In this document: one piece after another, positions 1 to 13,600 of the stretch | Position numbering within the stretch: position 1 is the stretch's first letter | How the letters are laid out: the number at the start of each line of letters is the position of its first letter | Assembly (NCBI RefSeq): GCF_009914755.1 | Contig: NC_060927.1 | Origin: the human T2T-CHM13v2.0 reference genome, Homo sapiens | Reading direction: 5' to 3' (one strand) | DNA length: 64,000 nt | Position numbers and translations under genes: made by a program | Notes under the pieces: model-generated | What the model was told of the DNA's origin: nothing | Databases searched by the model: none | The model's input: the letters and a program-made list of their open reading frames with translations, nothing else

Positions 1-269
1 AGTCAAATAAAAATTAATTAAAAACTTAAATCTAAGACCTCAAACTATGAAATTACCACAATAAAACATTGGAGAAACTCTCCAGGACATCAGTCTGGAC
101 AATAATTTATTGAAGAGTATCCTACAAGCACAGGCAACCAAAGCAAAAATGGACAAAGGGGGTTACATGAAGTTTTAAAGCATCTGCACAGCAAAGGATA
201 CAATCAACATAATGAAGACAAATCCCACAGAATGGGAGAAAATATTTGCAAACTACCCATCTAACAAGG
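1..269 (+). mobile_element. L1MA-type LINE-1, ORF2 3' region fragment (continues at 1217)
   Basis: Diverged L1 ORF2 sequence (aagcacaggcaaccaaagcaaaaatggacaaa...cccacagaatgggagaaaatatttgcaaactacccatct), colinear with the L1 at 50726-50937. Confidence 0.85.
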
Positions 270-343
270 TGTGGGGTCTGTCCCACAGATCCTGACCCAA
301 CGACAGATGAAAGATGTACACTGACACAGATATTTTGCCTGTC
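270..343 (-). mobile_element. Terminal fragment of an ERV LTR, LTR22/HERV-K(HML-5)-like
   Basis: tgtggggtctgtcccacagatcctgacccaacgac...ctgacacagatattttgcctgtc resembles the reverse complement of the LTR22 3' end as I recall it. It starts with TG exactly where the L1 breaks. Confidence 0.55.
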
Positions 344-462
344 TGTTTGTCTCCATCTCTTTCTTGCTTCCCCTCTTTTCCTCTTGGTTGTCTGGGATGA
401 GCTCCCTCCGGGCTGCCAGAGTGCCCAGGCTGGGTGCTGCAGGATCCCACGGAGAGTGCCAG

Positions 463-1216
463 TGAAAGGTGAAGCTGGCTGGGCTTCTGGGACTGGTGGG
501 GACTTGGAGAACTTTTCTGTCTAGCTAAAGGATTGTAAACGCACCAATCAGCACTCTGTGTCTAGCTAAAGGTTTGTAAATGCACTAATCAGCACTCTGT
601 CAAAACAGACCAATCAGCTCTCTGTAAAATGGACCAGTAGCAGGATGTGGGTGTGGCCAGATAAGGCAATAAAAGCAGGCCACCCAGCCAGCAGCAGCAA
701 CCTGCTTGGGTCCCCTTCCATGCTGTGGAAGCTTTGTTCTTTAGCTCTTCACAATAAATCTTGCAGCTGCTCACTCTTTGGGTCTGGGCCACCTTTATGA
801 GCTGTAACACTCACTACGAAGGTCTGCAGCTTCGCTCCTGAAGCCAGTGAGACCACGAACCCACCGGAAGGAACAAACAACTCCAGACACGCTGCCTTTA
901 AGAGCTATAACACACACCGCAAAGGTCTGCAGCTTCGCTCCTGAAGCCAGTGAGACCACGAACCCACCGGAAGGAACAAACAACTCCAGACACGCCGCCT
1001 TTAAGAGCTATAACACTCACCGCAAAGGTCTGCAGCTTCACTCCTGAAGTCAGCGAGACCACAAACCCACCAGAAGGAATAAACTCCAGACACATCTGAA
1101 CATCTGAAGGAACAAACTCCAGACACACCATCTTTAAGAACTATAACACTCACCACAAGGGTCCGCAGCTTCATTCTTGAGTCAGCAAGACCAAGAACCC
1201 ACCAATTCTGGACACA
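463..1216 (+). mobile_element. Solo LTR12 (ERV9/HERV9 LTR)
   Basis: TG...CA termini (tgaaaggtgaagc...ctggacaca), CCAAT-containing U3 repeats, AATAAA motifs and ~103-bp U5 repeats starting at 800, 903 and 1006. Clearly homologous to 41607-42320. Confidence 0.95.
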
Positions 1217-1973
1217 CAATCACTATGGAGAACAGTTTGGCAGTTCCTCAGAAAAGTAAAAATTGAACTGCCATATGATCCAGCAATCTCATTGATGGAT
1301 ATATATCCATAAGACATACCCAAAAGAAAGGAAATCAGTATATCAAAGAGATATATGCACTCCTATGTTTGTTGCAGCACTGTTTAAAATAGCTGATTTA
1401 GAAGCAATCCAAGTGTTCATCAACAGATGAACAGATTTAAAAAATGTAGTACGTATACACAACAGAGTACTATTCAGCCATAAAAAAAGAATGAAATCCA
1501 GTCATTTGCAACACCATGGATGGAACTGGAGATCATTATGTTAAGTGAAATAAGCCAGGCACAGAAAAACAAACACATTGCCTGTTCTCTCTTATTTTGG
1601 GGATCTAACAATGAAAATAACTGAACTCATGGACATAGAGAGAAGGATGGTTACCAGAGGATGAGAAGGTTAGCTGGGGGCTGTGAGGGAAGTGGGTTGG
1701 TTAAGAAGTACAAAAATTAGAAAGAATGAATAAGAACTACTATTTGATAGCACAACAGGGTGCCTATAGTCAACAATAACTGGAGCATACTATTTAAAAT
1801 AAAGAGTGTAATTGGATTGTTTGTAACTCAAAGGATAAATGCTTTGAGGGGATGGATTTCCCATTCTCCATGATGTGATTATTTTACATACATGCCTGTA
1901 TCAAAACATCTCAAGTATTCCAGAAATATATGCACCTACTATGTACCCACAAAATTTTTTTAAAACAAACAAA
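1217..1973 (+). mobile_element. L1MA-type (L1MA1-3-like) 3' end and 3'UTR
   Basis: L1 ORF2 end followed by the L1MA 3' terminus (cacctactatgtacccacaaaa) and an A-rich tail. Confidence 0.85.
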
Positions 1974-2662
1974 TAGGAAAACAGGATGTCAAACTATCTC
2001 TGTTGCAGATTATATGATCCTATATCTAGAAAATCCCATAGTCGCTGCCCAAAGACTCATGGAACTGATAAACAACTTCAGTAAAGTTTCAGGACACAAA
2101 ATCAGTGTACAAAAATCAGTAGCATTTCTATGCACCAATAATGGCTAGCTGACAGCCAAAAGAAGAATACAACCCCATTCACAATGGCCACAAAATGCAT
2201 AAAATACCTAGGAATACAGCTAACCGGGGAGAGGAAATATCTCTTCAATGAGAATTACAAAACACTGCTGAATGAAATCAGAGATGACATAAACAAATGG
2301 AAAAGCATTCTATGATGATTGATTGGAAGAATCAGTGATGTATGTTAAAATGTCATACTGCCCGGAGCAATTCACAGAGTCAATGCTATTCTTAGCAAAC
2401 TACCAATGTCATTTTTCACAGAATCAGAAAATACAACTATTCTAAAATTCATATGGAATTAAAAAAAGCCTGAATAGCCAAATCAATCCTAAGCAAAGGA
2501 ACAAAGCTAAAGGCATCATATTGCCCAACTTCAAACTATACTACAAGGCTACAGTAACCAAAACAGCATGGCACTGGTACAAAAATAGATACATAGACTA
2601 AAGGATCAAGTTAGAGAACCAAGAAATAAAGCCAGACACCTGTAAATTGATTTTTCCCAAAG
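1974..2662 (+). mobile_element. Internal L1 ORF2 (RT region) fragment, old L1PA/L1PB-like
   Basis: ORF 1930-2148 gives [11 protein letters not shown]...[16 protein letters not shown], the L1 RT FADD-region homologue. No 3'UTR. Confidence 0.85.
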
Positions 2663-3574
2663 TTAATCATCTGTGAATTCTCAATCTTCGTTCATAAAAT
2701 TGGGTTAACACATGCTAACATTCATTTTTTTAAAAATTTCTATCTCCATGTTAATTTTTTCCAGAAGTTTTATAACGAAAACTGTACAAGTCTTTTCCCT
2801 TTTTTGTTTCTATTCAGTGCATGTGTTAAAGAAAATAGCAATGAAGTATTTTAGCATAACTATATAAACAGGGGTGGGAAAATAAACATTTCTCACAATT
2901 GAACTAGAATTCACAGTCCAAATAAGCAGTAATGTACAAAATTCATTGAGAGTTGTCAGTGACCATCTGAAAGGTCAATGCTTCACCAGAGTAACTAATC
3001 ATCTAATATTTGTTGATATTGAACAATGTGCACTGAGGATATAAAAACCTACTTGTGAATATTTATGTAGAGCTTATCAAAAAATTATCTTGGTGCTTAA
3101 CACCTAAGTGGTTTTAGGTACTAAAAACATAGAAAATACAAATCAAAAAAGATAGAAATGATATTAAAAACATATCACTATTTCAATGTAAGTTTGTAGC
3201 AAAATCTGAAGTTACACTAAGCCATTCAGAACATTCCTGATTAATGACTAATCACCATTTTAGAATACTATGAAATACAAAGTACAAAGAGAATGACATG
3301 ATATAATGCCAGACAGCTATTAACAGATTTAGTTTCTTGTTTAAATTTCATATAGAAAATCATAGTAAGATATTGGAGATAAGGTGAAACTGAGACCACT
3401 AAACAAAAGTCTTATTCATTAAGACTAACAATAGAAAGAATAAAAATTTTAATGACTAGATTGATATATCATCTAAAGAAAGAAAAGAGTGAAAAAATGT
3501 TAATAAACAGTAATAAATACACATACAATGTTTGTATTAGCATTTTTGTTTTGAATTAGCAGGAAACAATTAGC

Positions 3575-3885
3575 ACCATCATCTGGATTATTGCAACAGC
3601 CTTCTGTCTCATCTTCCTGCTTTAGTAGCCACTAGTCTTTGAATCTGTTGTAAGCCTTTTAAATCTAAGAGATCACATCACTTCTCCACTTAAAAATTTC
3701 TGGCCGGGGTAAAAGGCAAGGTCTTCCACACCCCTTAGGATCCAGCTTCTGGCCCTTCTGTGACCCAATCTTTACTACTTTACTCCTTCCCCCTCTGTAT
3801 CAGCCACATTGGCCATAGCCAGTCCTCAAACACTGCACCACATTCCTGCCTGGGGCCTGTGCACTTGCTATTCCTTTATCTAAAA
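3575..3885 (+). mobile_element. L2 fragment
   Basis: ctggattattgcaacagcctt...gatcacatcacttctccacttaaaa...gcacttgctattcc, typical diverged L2 3' region. Confidence 0.6.
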
Positions 3886-5239
3886 AGACTTTTGCCAAAT
3901 AAGTAGAAATTTTAAAACACCTTTATTTAATATTTAGGAGATAGCTGGTACATAACCAAGGCCAAGTCTTGAAGAAAAAAGAGACAGGCATTTATAAAAC
4001 CCAGAGTTCTATTATTAAGATGCTTACATTCTATTGGGTAAAATAGGAAAATTAACACACAGATTAAGGTTTTGTGATAATTGCCCCAAAAAGAAGCTTA
4101 TACAGTGCTATATGGCATAATTATAAGTAATCCTGCCTTAGGGTAAGTGAAGAATGTATAAAGGGGTTAGGAGACAGCTTTAGACATAGAGAGGATAAAC
4201 AGACATTTGCTCTGCAAAGAAGAGGGAAAAACGTATTCCTGGCCAACATCTTAGGCTGATTCAAGCATGAAAGCAAGAGCATAGCATAAGTGTGCCAAGC
4301 AGAAAGTTCTATATGGGGAAATTGTTGAGTGGGTATGAGAGAGTGGTAAGAGAGAACATCAGGTTATGAAGGAGATTGAACTTTCTCCTGTAACACTGAG
4401 AAGCGATCTAAATGAAAGCACCAGAAGCCACTCTTCAAGGAGTGGAGGATTTGTGTAAGGCATGATACAAGAAAGAACCTGAAAACTCCTTGCAAATTTT
4501 GGAAGATTCTAGGTAAAATACTGATGTGAATGTCATAAGGAAGCCCAGGGTCGCGATTAATAGCTCCTTTGCTTTTGCACAGAGTTGGCTGCAAGGCAAG
4601 TTGGAAAAACAAAACAACCTCCAGAGTGTGTTATGTCCCCTCTTGGGAATCACAGAGGGAAGAAAAGGAAGTACAGAGGGAATTACAAGTCAATTATAAT
4701 AATATAGGCCAAAGTAAACTATTTAACCCAGTGGGCTTGGCAGCCCTGAAGAAAACTCAGTCCCTTAACTTTTATAAATGCTCCAAAAAAAGTGACTGAC
4801 TTTTACCTTAAGCATTAAGTTTTGCTTTTTTTCTGTCTCATATACACCCTGGTAACCAGTATGGAAACTAAACTCTTTTAGAAAAGAAATCCTATAAATT
4901 AGATGCCAAATAAAGTTACATAATCAGACAATTAAGATACATTTTGTTCTGACTTAAAACCCATTTTAAGTCAAATGCTCAAAATTGTTAAATCATTTTA
5001 GTGTCATTCATTAAGATATGCTCTCTAAATCAGAAAAAAAGGCAGTAATGAAATACCAGATAATCAATAAATCTCTATTGGTTTGATACTATTTCCAGAA
5101 TAGAATCCTTATTTCCAGAATAAGATTGTTTTTTCTTTTTCTTGGTGCCTCTAGAAAACAAATTTAAAGGATCATAATAATGTCCTATTTTATGTTATCA
5201 AATTTCTTCTTAACATTCTTTCATTGACTTAAATTTGTT

Positions 5240-5317
5240 TAATCATCACAAAAAATTGTATGAGGTGAGTTTTATCAGGTCTGTTTTACAGATAAGGAAA
5301 ATTTGATTTAGAGGTCA
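5240..5317 (-). mobile_element. MIR fragment
   Basis: MIR core in antisense (tgaggtgagt...ttttacagataaggaaa). Confidence 0.5.
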
Positions 5318-7182
5318 TTGATATTGCATTTGAAAGATCATTTTCTGATGACCAAAGTCATTTTATTTTACTGTAGGGTCAAAAAAATACATTTCCCCTT
5401 TGTCCTATGTGATTGAGATCCATCATTAGCTCAGACTGAGTTACAGATGTTTAAATGACTTTCTCAGCCACAAAACTGGTAGAAAGAAGCGTCTAGATGC
5501 AAATTCATGTCTTCTGAGTCTAAACCTGCTATTTTTCTCCTGTATCATGTCCTAGAGATAGCCAAATTAACTACTAATGCAAGCCAACCCCATTGTCAAT
5601 GATTGAATGTACTTATTATTGACACTTTAACCATTCATATTGTATAGAATATCTGTGTATGTATGATTATTTTAAAAGCTGATTTTTAAAAATCTCATTA
5701 ATTCATGTGGCTTAAATTAAATCATCTGGTATCTAGATGCTAGTCAGGACCGAGCTTTACCTTTTGTATACCTGGAAAGATACTTTTTCTTCAAGCTGTT
5801 AAAATATAGAAGGTAAATTAAGTAAGAATTTTCTATCTTATGGTCCAAATAGAGTTCTATGTTCTCAGAAATCTAACTAATTTCTGCTCTTCTACTGTAG
5901 TCAAGGCAGTGTTGTCCAGGAAATCTTGAGTAATTCCTTCAATCTGACTTCTCTCAGAATTCCTATAGCACAAAGTAGAATTAGAAACCATTTTGTATTT
6001 TTAGCTAGTTGTGTTTTATAAATAAATTGTCAAACAGAATTTAAGCTCTTGGAGACAAGAATGATGTGTTTGTTTTCTCCGGAATTCTCCACACAATCTA
6101 GACAATTAACTGGACATGAAGTTGTCATTTGTGACATGTTTGTTGAGTTCTCCACAAATGCAAGTTCTCAGCAGATGCAGGAGAGGTCAGTTGATCAATG
6201 ATGCAAGTTATAAATTACCCATTTAGTAAAAAAAAAAAAAAAAGTCATAGAGAACTTGCACAGCTTTCAAACTGCAGAAGTTATTTTATTTTATTGTAAA
6301 GTAATAAAACCACATTTCCTTATCATAATATGTGATTCAGACTTATTACTAATTCAGATTGGCCTTGAAACTAATTAGTAGCTTTTATTATGTTTTTATT
6401 TTTTTCTAACATATTTACAGCCAAAATCTAAAGAGGGTTCTGTTTGTTTTTTTAAGATTCATTTAAACTAGTCTCTGCACATCACTGAACTCAACATCTC
6501 ATAATTCTTATAACTATTATGGTGGATACAATTGGCTTCTTTTATGAAGAATTGAAAATAGAGAGTTATCCTGTTGAAATAAAGACTTGAAACTCTGGAA
6601 AGTGTTCTGTCATTGCTTCCCATTTCACTTCATATCTTTACATTGTGGTGATTAGGTTGTTTGAAAACTTTCAAATTACCATAAAGAAACCAGAACAGTG
6701 TGTTCTGTCAGAAACACTTATAATGTCTCTCTGATTTAAATTGTACAACATAAGGGCAGAAATAGAGGCTTTTTGTCTCCTGAATAAAATATAACTCAGG
6801 CACCAAATAATATGTAATAAAAGTAATAACAGGACTTCTTCATCTCCTGTTAGTGTTTGAAACAACATCAAGGAGACAGTGTCTTGGGAATTTTTTTTAA
6901 CGTTCATTTGTCCTGAAACAATATTGTGCTCTTTCCATTAGAACATTTTATGTATATTTCTGTTCAATTTGAGAAAATACTATTATAGTATTTCCAAAGT
7001 AAGAAACCACTTGGGAAATATGACCTTTAGGTGGATTGGCTTATTTGTCTTCCAAAATCTTTTTGTTCCCCCTTTACAAAAAGTGCTACATAAAACTAAA
7101 GGAAAAAAATGTACATCTGTTTTCAGACCTCTGCCAGTATTCCTCCTGCTGCACACAACTTCAGACTTATCTCGGGAGAATA

Positions 7183-7791
7183 ATGCTTCTGTTACTATTG
7201 TTGTATAACAAATTAATACCTAATTTAATGGTATAGATTAACAATTTTTTAATGCTTATGGTTCCTGTGGGAATGGGGCAGGGCACAGTGGGGATAGCTT
7301 ATTTTTGCTCCATATATATCTGGGGCTATGAAGAATTGAAGGCTAGGTTCTCGGGATGGCTGAGGACTGAAATCACCTAGAGGTTCATTCTCTCAACATA
7401 TTAGTACCTGAGCTAGGATGACTTCAAGACTGCAACTGTCAACAAGAGCAACTACAGAAGGTCTCTCCATGTGGCTTGATTTCCTCATCACATGCCCACC
7501 ACAGTTAGGGCTAGATCTCTAACCGGGTGACTCATAGTTCCAAGTGATAGGGTCCCAGGAAAGAAAAAGTGAAAGCTGCTTAGCTCTTTACAACTCAGCC
7601 TCAGAAATCACATAGCATCACTTCTGCTGTATTCTGCTGGTCAAAGAGATCCAAGGACCACCCAGATTCAAGGAGAAGGGATCAGACCCTACCTCTTGAT
7701 GCCTGCTCACATTGTAGAAGAGCATGTGCAGCAGAAGATATGGTTGCAACAGATATGGTTGTGGCAATTTTTGCAAATAAAATCTGCCATA
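7183..7791 (-). mobile_element. MaLR solo LTR (MLT1G/H-like)
   Basis: cccagattcaaggagaaggg...cacattgtagaagagcatgtg...aatctgccata matches the reverse complement of the MLT1 5' end. Confidence 0.75.
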
Positions 7792-10700
7792 AAGGGACTG
7801 AGTCTTCTTTGTCTGTCTCCGCTCTCTGCACCAAACAAGTAGGTCTTGTTTGATGAAGAGGTCTTGCCTAGCTGGGTTGCCTTTTTATTTCCCCTATCAA
7901 TTAGCACTTAACGCATTCAGTGCTCAACAAAAGTTTACTGAACCTGAATTTAAATTAATTTATTATTTATTATTTAATTAATTTATTTGTTTATTAAATT
8001 AAATTTCCTGAATCTAAATTTAAATTTTCAGTGAAATCCCAGGAAAAAAAATCCATTTAATATCACAAAAGATGATATTTTCTGTGACATTACTGAGAGT
8101 GAATATTAATGTTCCAGTCGTCTCAGGTACAGTCATCAAACTGCACTAAATCCATGTATCTTTGCTAAAAGGCAGCGTTGCCCAGCACAGACTGAGATGA
8201 AACATGCTTATTCTTCACTTCGTAGGACACCATCTATAAAGGCATGTCCTTGAGCAAGTTATTCAAATTCACTGAGTTTGGTTTCCTCAGAAAACACTGC
8301 TGACTCCAAGGAGCAGGAATAAATACCTCAGCAGAGCCAGCTTGGAAAAGCCATGTCAAAAATCAGAGAAGAAATGGGTACAATAAATACCAACCAGGAG
8401 TGCCAATAAACAGGTAATCTTTTTATAATTTGTCCACTCAGAAGGGATATCTTTTGTGATCTGCACAAAAACACTACATGTGCTAATGAGGGCCCTCATG
8501 GCAGGCATAGGAAAACAAGCAAGCACCAATATAAATATAGCTTTCAGATACACCAGCGCCTACCTCATTTTTCCTCCATTTTGTCAGTCCAAAGAGGCAA
8601 GGACGTCTGTATGTAGTAAAATTCTACACATATTTAGTGCCAGACTTGGGCTTTAATTACAGTGAGGCTTCTGATCTTTATTATCAACAGTCACTGCCTT
8701 CTGCTGTGCTAGAATGTTGATTTTTAGAAGTTCATCACAGTGTTCTCTTAGGTGTAAAAATGTAACATCCATCTTGCAATTTGTTTTCTGAAAACCAGGA
8801 GATGAATGTGACTAAAGGTCCAACAACTTTCAACAAATGAGTTGAAGTATCTGATTCTACATAGTGAATTTGCCTTTTTAGGTCAGAGCAACATTTTTAA
8901 TAGATGTTTACATTCTGTAGATGAAAACTTGAGATACTTCCTGTAATTGACAGAATACATTGCCCTGTCCAGTCGACATCCCAGTTGATGTTTAGAGGCA
9001 GCTGGCTTTGATGATTTGACTCACACCAATATTAAAAACCAAATTCAATCAGAATTCAAAATGAGTCCTTTTGGTGCCCATTAGAGAGCAGCAGTGCAGC
9101 TAGAAATCATCACCTAATGGAACAAAAAGCATTCTACATCTTAGACTTATTACTTAATTGTCTCAAGTGTATCTTAAAAGAACTGAGGGTTTGCTCAAAA
9201 AGAATAACAAGTGGCCATTTTCCAAGGAACAGCTGGCACATAGCTACACACATGCAAACAGAAATTGCTTTGGCTCTATATAAGGAGCTTGCTGACAGAA
9301 CTTTGCTGTGTAGTATTCCCTCCCCACGCAACAGCAGACATCTCCACCTAAAACTTATCTTGCTAAAACTTCTAATATGCAAACTAACATTAAATTAACT
9401 CAAGTTAGCTCGAGTCAGCAGAAATACAATCTTTTACTTTCTATGCCTGAAGTAAAAATATCCTTTTCATAAGAATCAACGTACGTTCTCTTTTGCCATA
9501 GGAGTTACAATTGGGAAGGCAAACTTTCACTGACCTACACTTTAAGCTCTCCACCAAACTGTTTCCTTTAGAGGCATATTTACATTTCAGCATCTGACCT
9601 TTGTCCCTGGTATCTGGAAGCTTTGTCTATGTCACATACATAGTCCATTTATCAAGACATGATTTTTTGGGCTACATGTACTTTAGCTCTCTCTTCTTTC
9701 TCTCTCAAAATTAAGTTTTTGGTCACCTGATCATCTGCTTAATAATTAATAGCTGTTAGTTCATCTTATTGTCTCCCACAGGTCATCAGGGAAATAAAGG
9801 CAGAGATATGTTTCTGATGTCACAATGCTTCACCAAGGTTTGTAGTTGGGCCTCTGTTCCTTTCTTCTGCGATCTAGGAAACAGGAACTTCCACTCCTTC
9901 TTTCCCTATTTGTCTTGGTAGAGGGACAAATCAGGGTAAAGTATCCTTTCTCTGTCCCAAATTCTACTTTACCACTCCTTATCTAGATCATAACACACTG
10001 AACCTCAAGGGAGATTTAAGCTGTTCTTAACTAAAATATTTCAGCAAGAATCATAAGCCTGTAGAGTTGGATGGAGGAGGGTCATGGCTCTGGTTTAGCC
10101 AATAAAGTCCTTTGAGCCCCACAGTGGCCAAGTCTGATTCCTCATGCCTCGTGTCCTTCCTCATTTTATAACTTATTTGTTTCCTCCCTCTCCAAAATTT
10201 TACCTCCTGAAGTCCTTCCCAGTCTTTTTTTCTTGTGATGCACCACCCTTTCCCACAGGATAGTGAGCATCCATCCTCAGTGCAGGCTTGGAACTTGCAA
10301 ATGCATTTTCTACCTTAAATACTTTCCAGATGTCCATACTTCTCCTCTTCCCCCCAGGAATGAGCTCTGAGTTGGAGGAGATGGAAGAATAAATATGGTG
10401 TTGTGCTTTCACTCAGGCCATGGCCGATTTTTTTGTACAGTGTCTGAAATCAAATACAGTTCAACACCATGGGGATAAATTTCTCCCAAGGAGCACCTTT
10501 AGTTTTAAATTAAATTTGTGTTTTTCTATTACTAATGTCCTGAACCTTATTCCTTACGAAATAAAACTCTGGGCTTGTTATATACTTACCTAGCTTGAGT
10601 CTTACTACAAAATGGTTCCAGAGTTAATAAAAAGCTTCTTTCTGAACCATCCAGACAAGTGGTCCATACTCAGAATACCTCTCTGGTCCACAGGGTATCT

Positions 10701-11730
10701 TGCATTTATTAGAAAAGCAGGGAAAGAGAGTTGCAGAAAGAATTTTAAGTCCCTGAAGGAGTACTTCCATCTCTTTCCAGATACATATTGGTACTATAGA
10801 ATTTATAAGATTTTTAAGGCCAGTTGTAGCTCTTTAATTCTCAGTATGTTTTACATCTCTTCTGTTGGGCTCCTACTTCCGCTAAGGTGGTGAAAAATCT
10901 CATTGCTTAGATAATTCAGCACCATCTCCTAAACTCATAGTAACTGTGGAAATCCTTATAATAGAAGAAGCCCAACAAAGAGAGGAACTTTGAATATATT
11001 TCTCTAAATGGTCTTCCAAGGAAAGATTGGAGGAGGAGTTTCTAGGATTGGTTTATAATTATATATATATAATCAAATGCATAATAATATAACTATAGAG
11101 TCTCCCTTAATTCTAAATGTAGTATATTTTCTGCTTTTACTGGACACATTCAAAGGTATAAGAAGAATAAGTGTCAGGTAACAAAGTTGCTACATATGCA
11201 TATTTAATTTCTCAGAATTTGACTCTGTGCTCTATGTAAAAGAGTGGGGGAAGGAATTAGCGAAAGAGAATGATTTAAATGTATATAGTTCAGAGAGGCT
11301 ATGTGTCACTTCACTCAAAGACTGGGTTCTAGGCATGAGTGTGAGAAGGAAAATGAAGGAGATGGGAAGTGAGAATCTGCTCTTTACTCAGTCCTTCTTA
11401 TGTTAGTGTGACCTCTCTGCTCTTTCACGCAATTTATGGCATGCTTAAGGCTAACTTTGACTATAAGTGACCTTTCCCTAATCTGGTAGACCTCAGCCCC
11501 AGGACATGATGGGTTCCTCCTTGTAATTTTATTTACTTGGCTCTCCTTGTCCCAAACTCTGAGCACTCCAGGTGCCTCGGCTGCCTGAAGAGCCTGCTCC
11601 ACTCCCCACTGCAAGACATGGAGCTTATCTCCCTGGATCAGCCCCATGCTACATGTACAGGTGCATGCCCAAAACTTTACCGTTGTGAAGGTTTTCATAG
11701 TTTTTCTAATGTGAGATATGTCTATGAATA

Positions 11731-12453
11731 TTTAATTGCCCATCAGGTTCTTCTTGCCCACTGCACAGACAAAACCAATTCACTGAGGCCACAGTCTTGC
11801 AGTAAAGAGAGAATTTAATTGATGCAAGGATGGCCATACAAAATAATTGGAGTTATCACTCAAATCAGTCTCTCTGAAGCCTCCAAGGTTAGGATAGCTC
11901 AAGAATAGTTTGGTGGGCAGGGGGTGCAGGGAATGGGAAATGTTGACTGATTAGGGATAAAATCACAGGGGTGTGGAAAACAGTCCTGTGCACTCACTCA
12001 GTCTCTGGGTGGGGGCCACAGGATCAGCTGAGTCCAGGGTCCAAGTGGAATCATTTTGTCTCCAGAAATGCAAAACTCTGTAAAATCTCAAATAGCTAAA
12101 CTTAGGTTCTAAAATAGTGATGTTATCTACAGGAATAATTGAGGAAGTTACAAATCTTGTGACCTCCAGAACAATAGGTGGTTATCGGTTATGCCTGTAT
12201 CTTGGCAGAATTCAGGCCTTTCTCATAATCCTAACCTTGTGGGCTTTCATTAGTTTTATAAAGGTGGTTTGTTTTGGGAAAGACTATTATCATCCTTGCT
12301 TTAAAGTTAAGCTATAGACTACATTTCTCCCATGGTTAGCCTGGCCTACACCCAGGAATGAGTGAGGACAGCCAGCGTGTGAGGCTAGAAGCAAGATGGA
12401 GTCAGCCATGCTAGAGTTCTCTTATTGTCATAATCTTTGCAAAGGTTCTTTCA
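11731..12453 (-). mobile_element. ERV1 solo LTR (LTR8A/B-like) with 4-bp TSD AATA
   Basis: gaagcaagatggagtcagccatgctag...cataatctttgcaaaggttctttca is the LTR8 5' end in antisense. AATA flanks both ends (11727-11730, 12454-12457). Confidence 0.88.
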
Positions 12454-13034
12454 AATATTTGAAAATTAAATGGATTTTCTGTATAAAAATAGAATAAAAT
12501 GTTTAAACGATGGTTCTTTTTGAGTATGAGATTATGACTGATTTTTTTTCTAGTTCTTTATATTTTTCCAGCTTTCTCAGTCATGTTCGCATAAGTATTT
12601 CTTTCTCTGACAACATAAAAAATAGAGTTAAACAAAGCTAAGAATGATTTTCTGAATGACGATAAATGTTTATAGTTACATTATAGATGATATTTCCCTG
12701 ACCTAGGTAAAAGCGATTGATACAGGTTTCACAGGGAAACAATAAGTTTTTTATTATCAAATTTCCTAAAAAGGATTAGAATAAGTTTTTCATGTGTGTA
12801 TTCAATAAAGAAGACCTTTAGTTAAAAGTCCACAATTACTTCTTATTCTCATAATTTTATGCTCAATTATCTCTGAGCTAATAGAAAAAAATAGAATAAT
12901 TGATTCTTAACTATAAAGCAACTGAGAATAGATTAAAATTAGCTGTTGCAGAGAGCTAAAATTGGCTTTACTCTTATCAAAGTCATTATTTTTGGATCAT
13001 CACATTCGAAAACAAGGAAGTAGCAATGGAAAAG

Positions 13035-13250
13035 AAATAGTCACTAAGCACTTACTATGGGCCAGGTTACATGTTAGGTGTTTACACAAATTATTTCATT
13101 TAATTTTACCAACAACACCTTGAGGTGGGTATTATTCTTACATTATAACTGGATGAGGGGAAGCTTAGAAAGATTAACTTTACTAGGGTCAAATAACTAG
13201 TAAATAGAAGGGACAAGATTCAAAACAGATTGTTCTGATTTCAAAGTCTT
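13035..13250 (-). mobile_element. MIR
   Basis: Near full-length antisense MIR (aagcacttactatgggccagg...catttaattttaccaacaacaccttgaggtgggtattatt). Confidence 0.7.
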
Positions 13251-13499
13251 TCCTGGAAACCAAAATGAAAACAAATACTATGTAAATAGTAATCTATTTT
13301 AAGATTAGAAGGAAGATGAGATAGAGGCCAATTCATACATTTTTGCCTTCATAATATTTTAGATTAAGTTATTTTAAAAGAATGCTGCTTAATTATATGT
13401 GTATCTTTTAATTTTCATATTTAATGAAGGCAATAATGATAAAAGCAACTAGCATGGTAGTTTTTTGTTGTTGTCATTTGTTTTTGTTTTTGTTTTATC

Positions 13500-13600
13500 A
13501 TGTTTCTGGCACTATTCTAGACACTAAATGAATTAACTCATTTTATCCTCACAGCCACACCATGAGATAAGTACTATTATTATTTATATGTAAGGAGAAA
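13500..13600 (-). mobile_element. MIR fragment
   Basis: ggcactattctagacact...aactcattttatcctcacagccacaccatgagataagtactatt. Confidence 0.55.
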
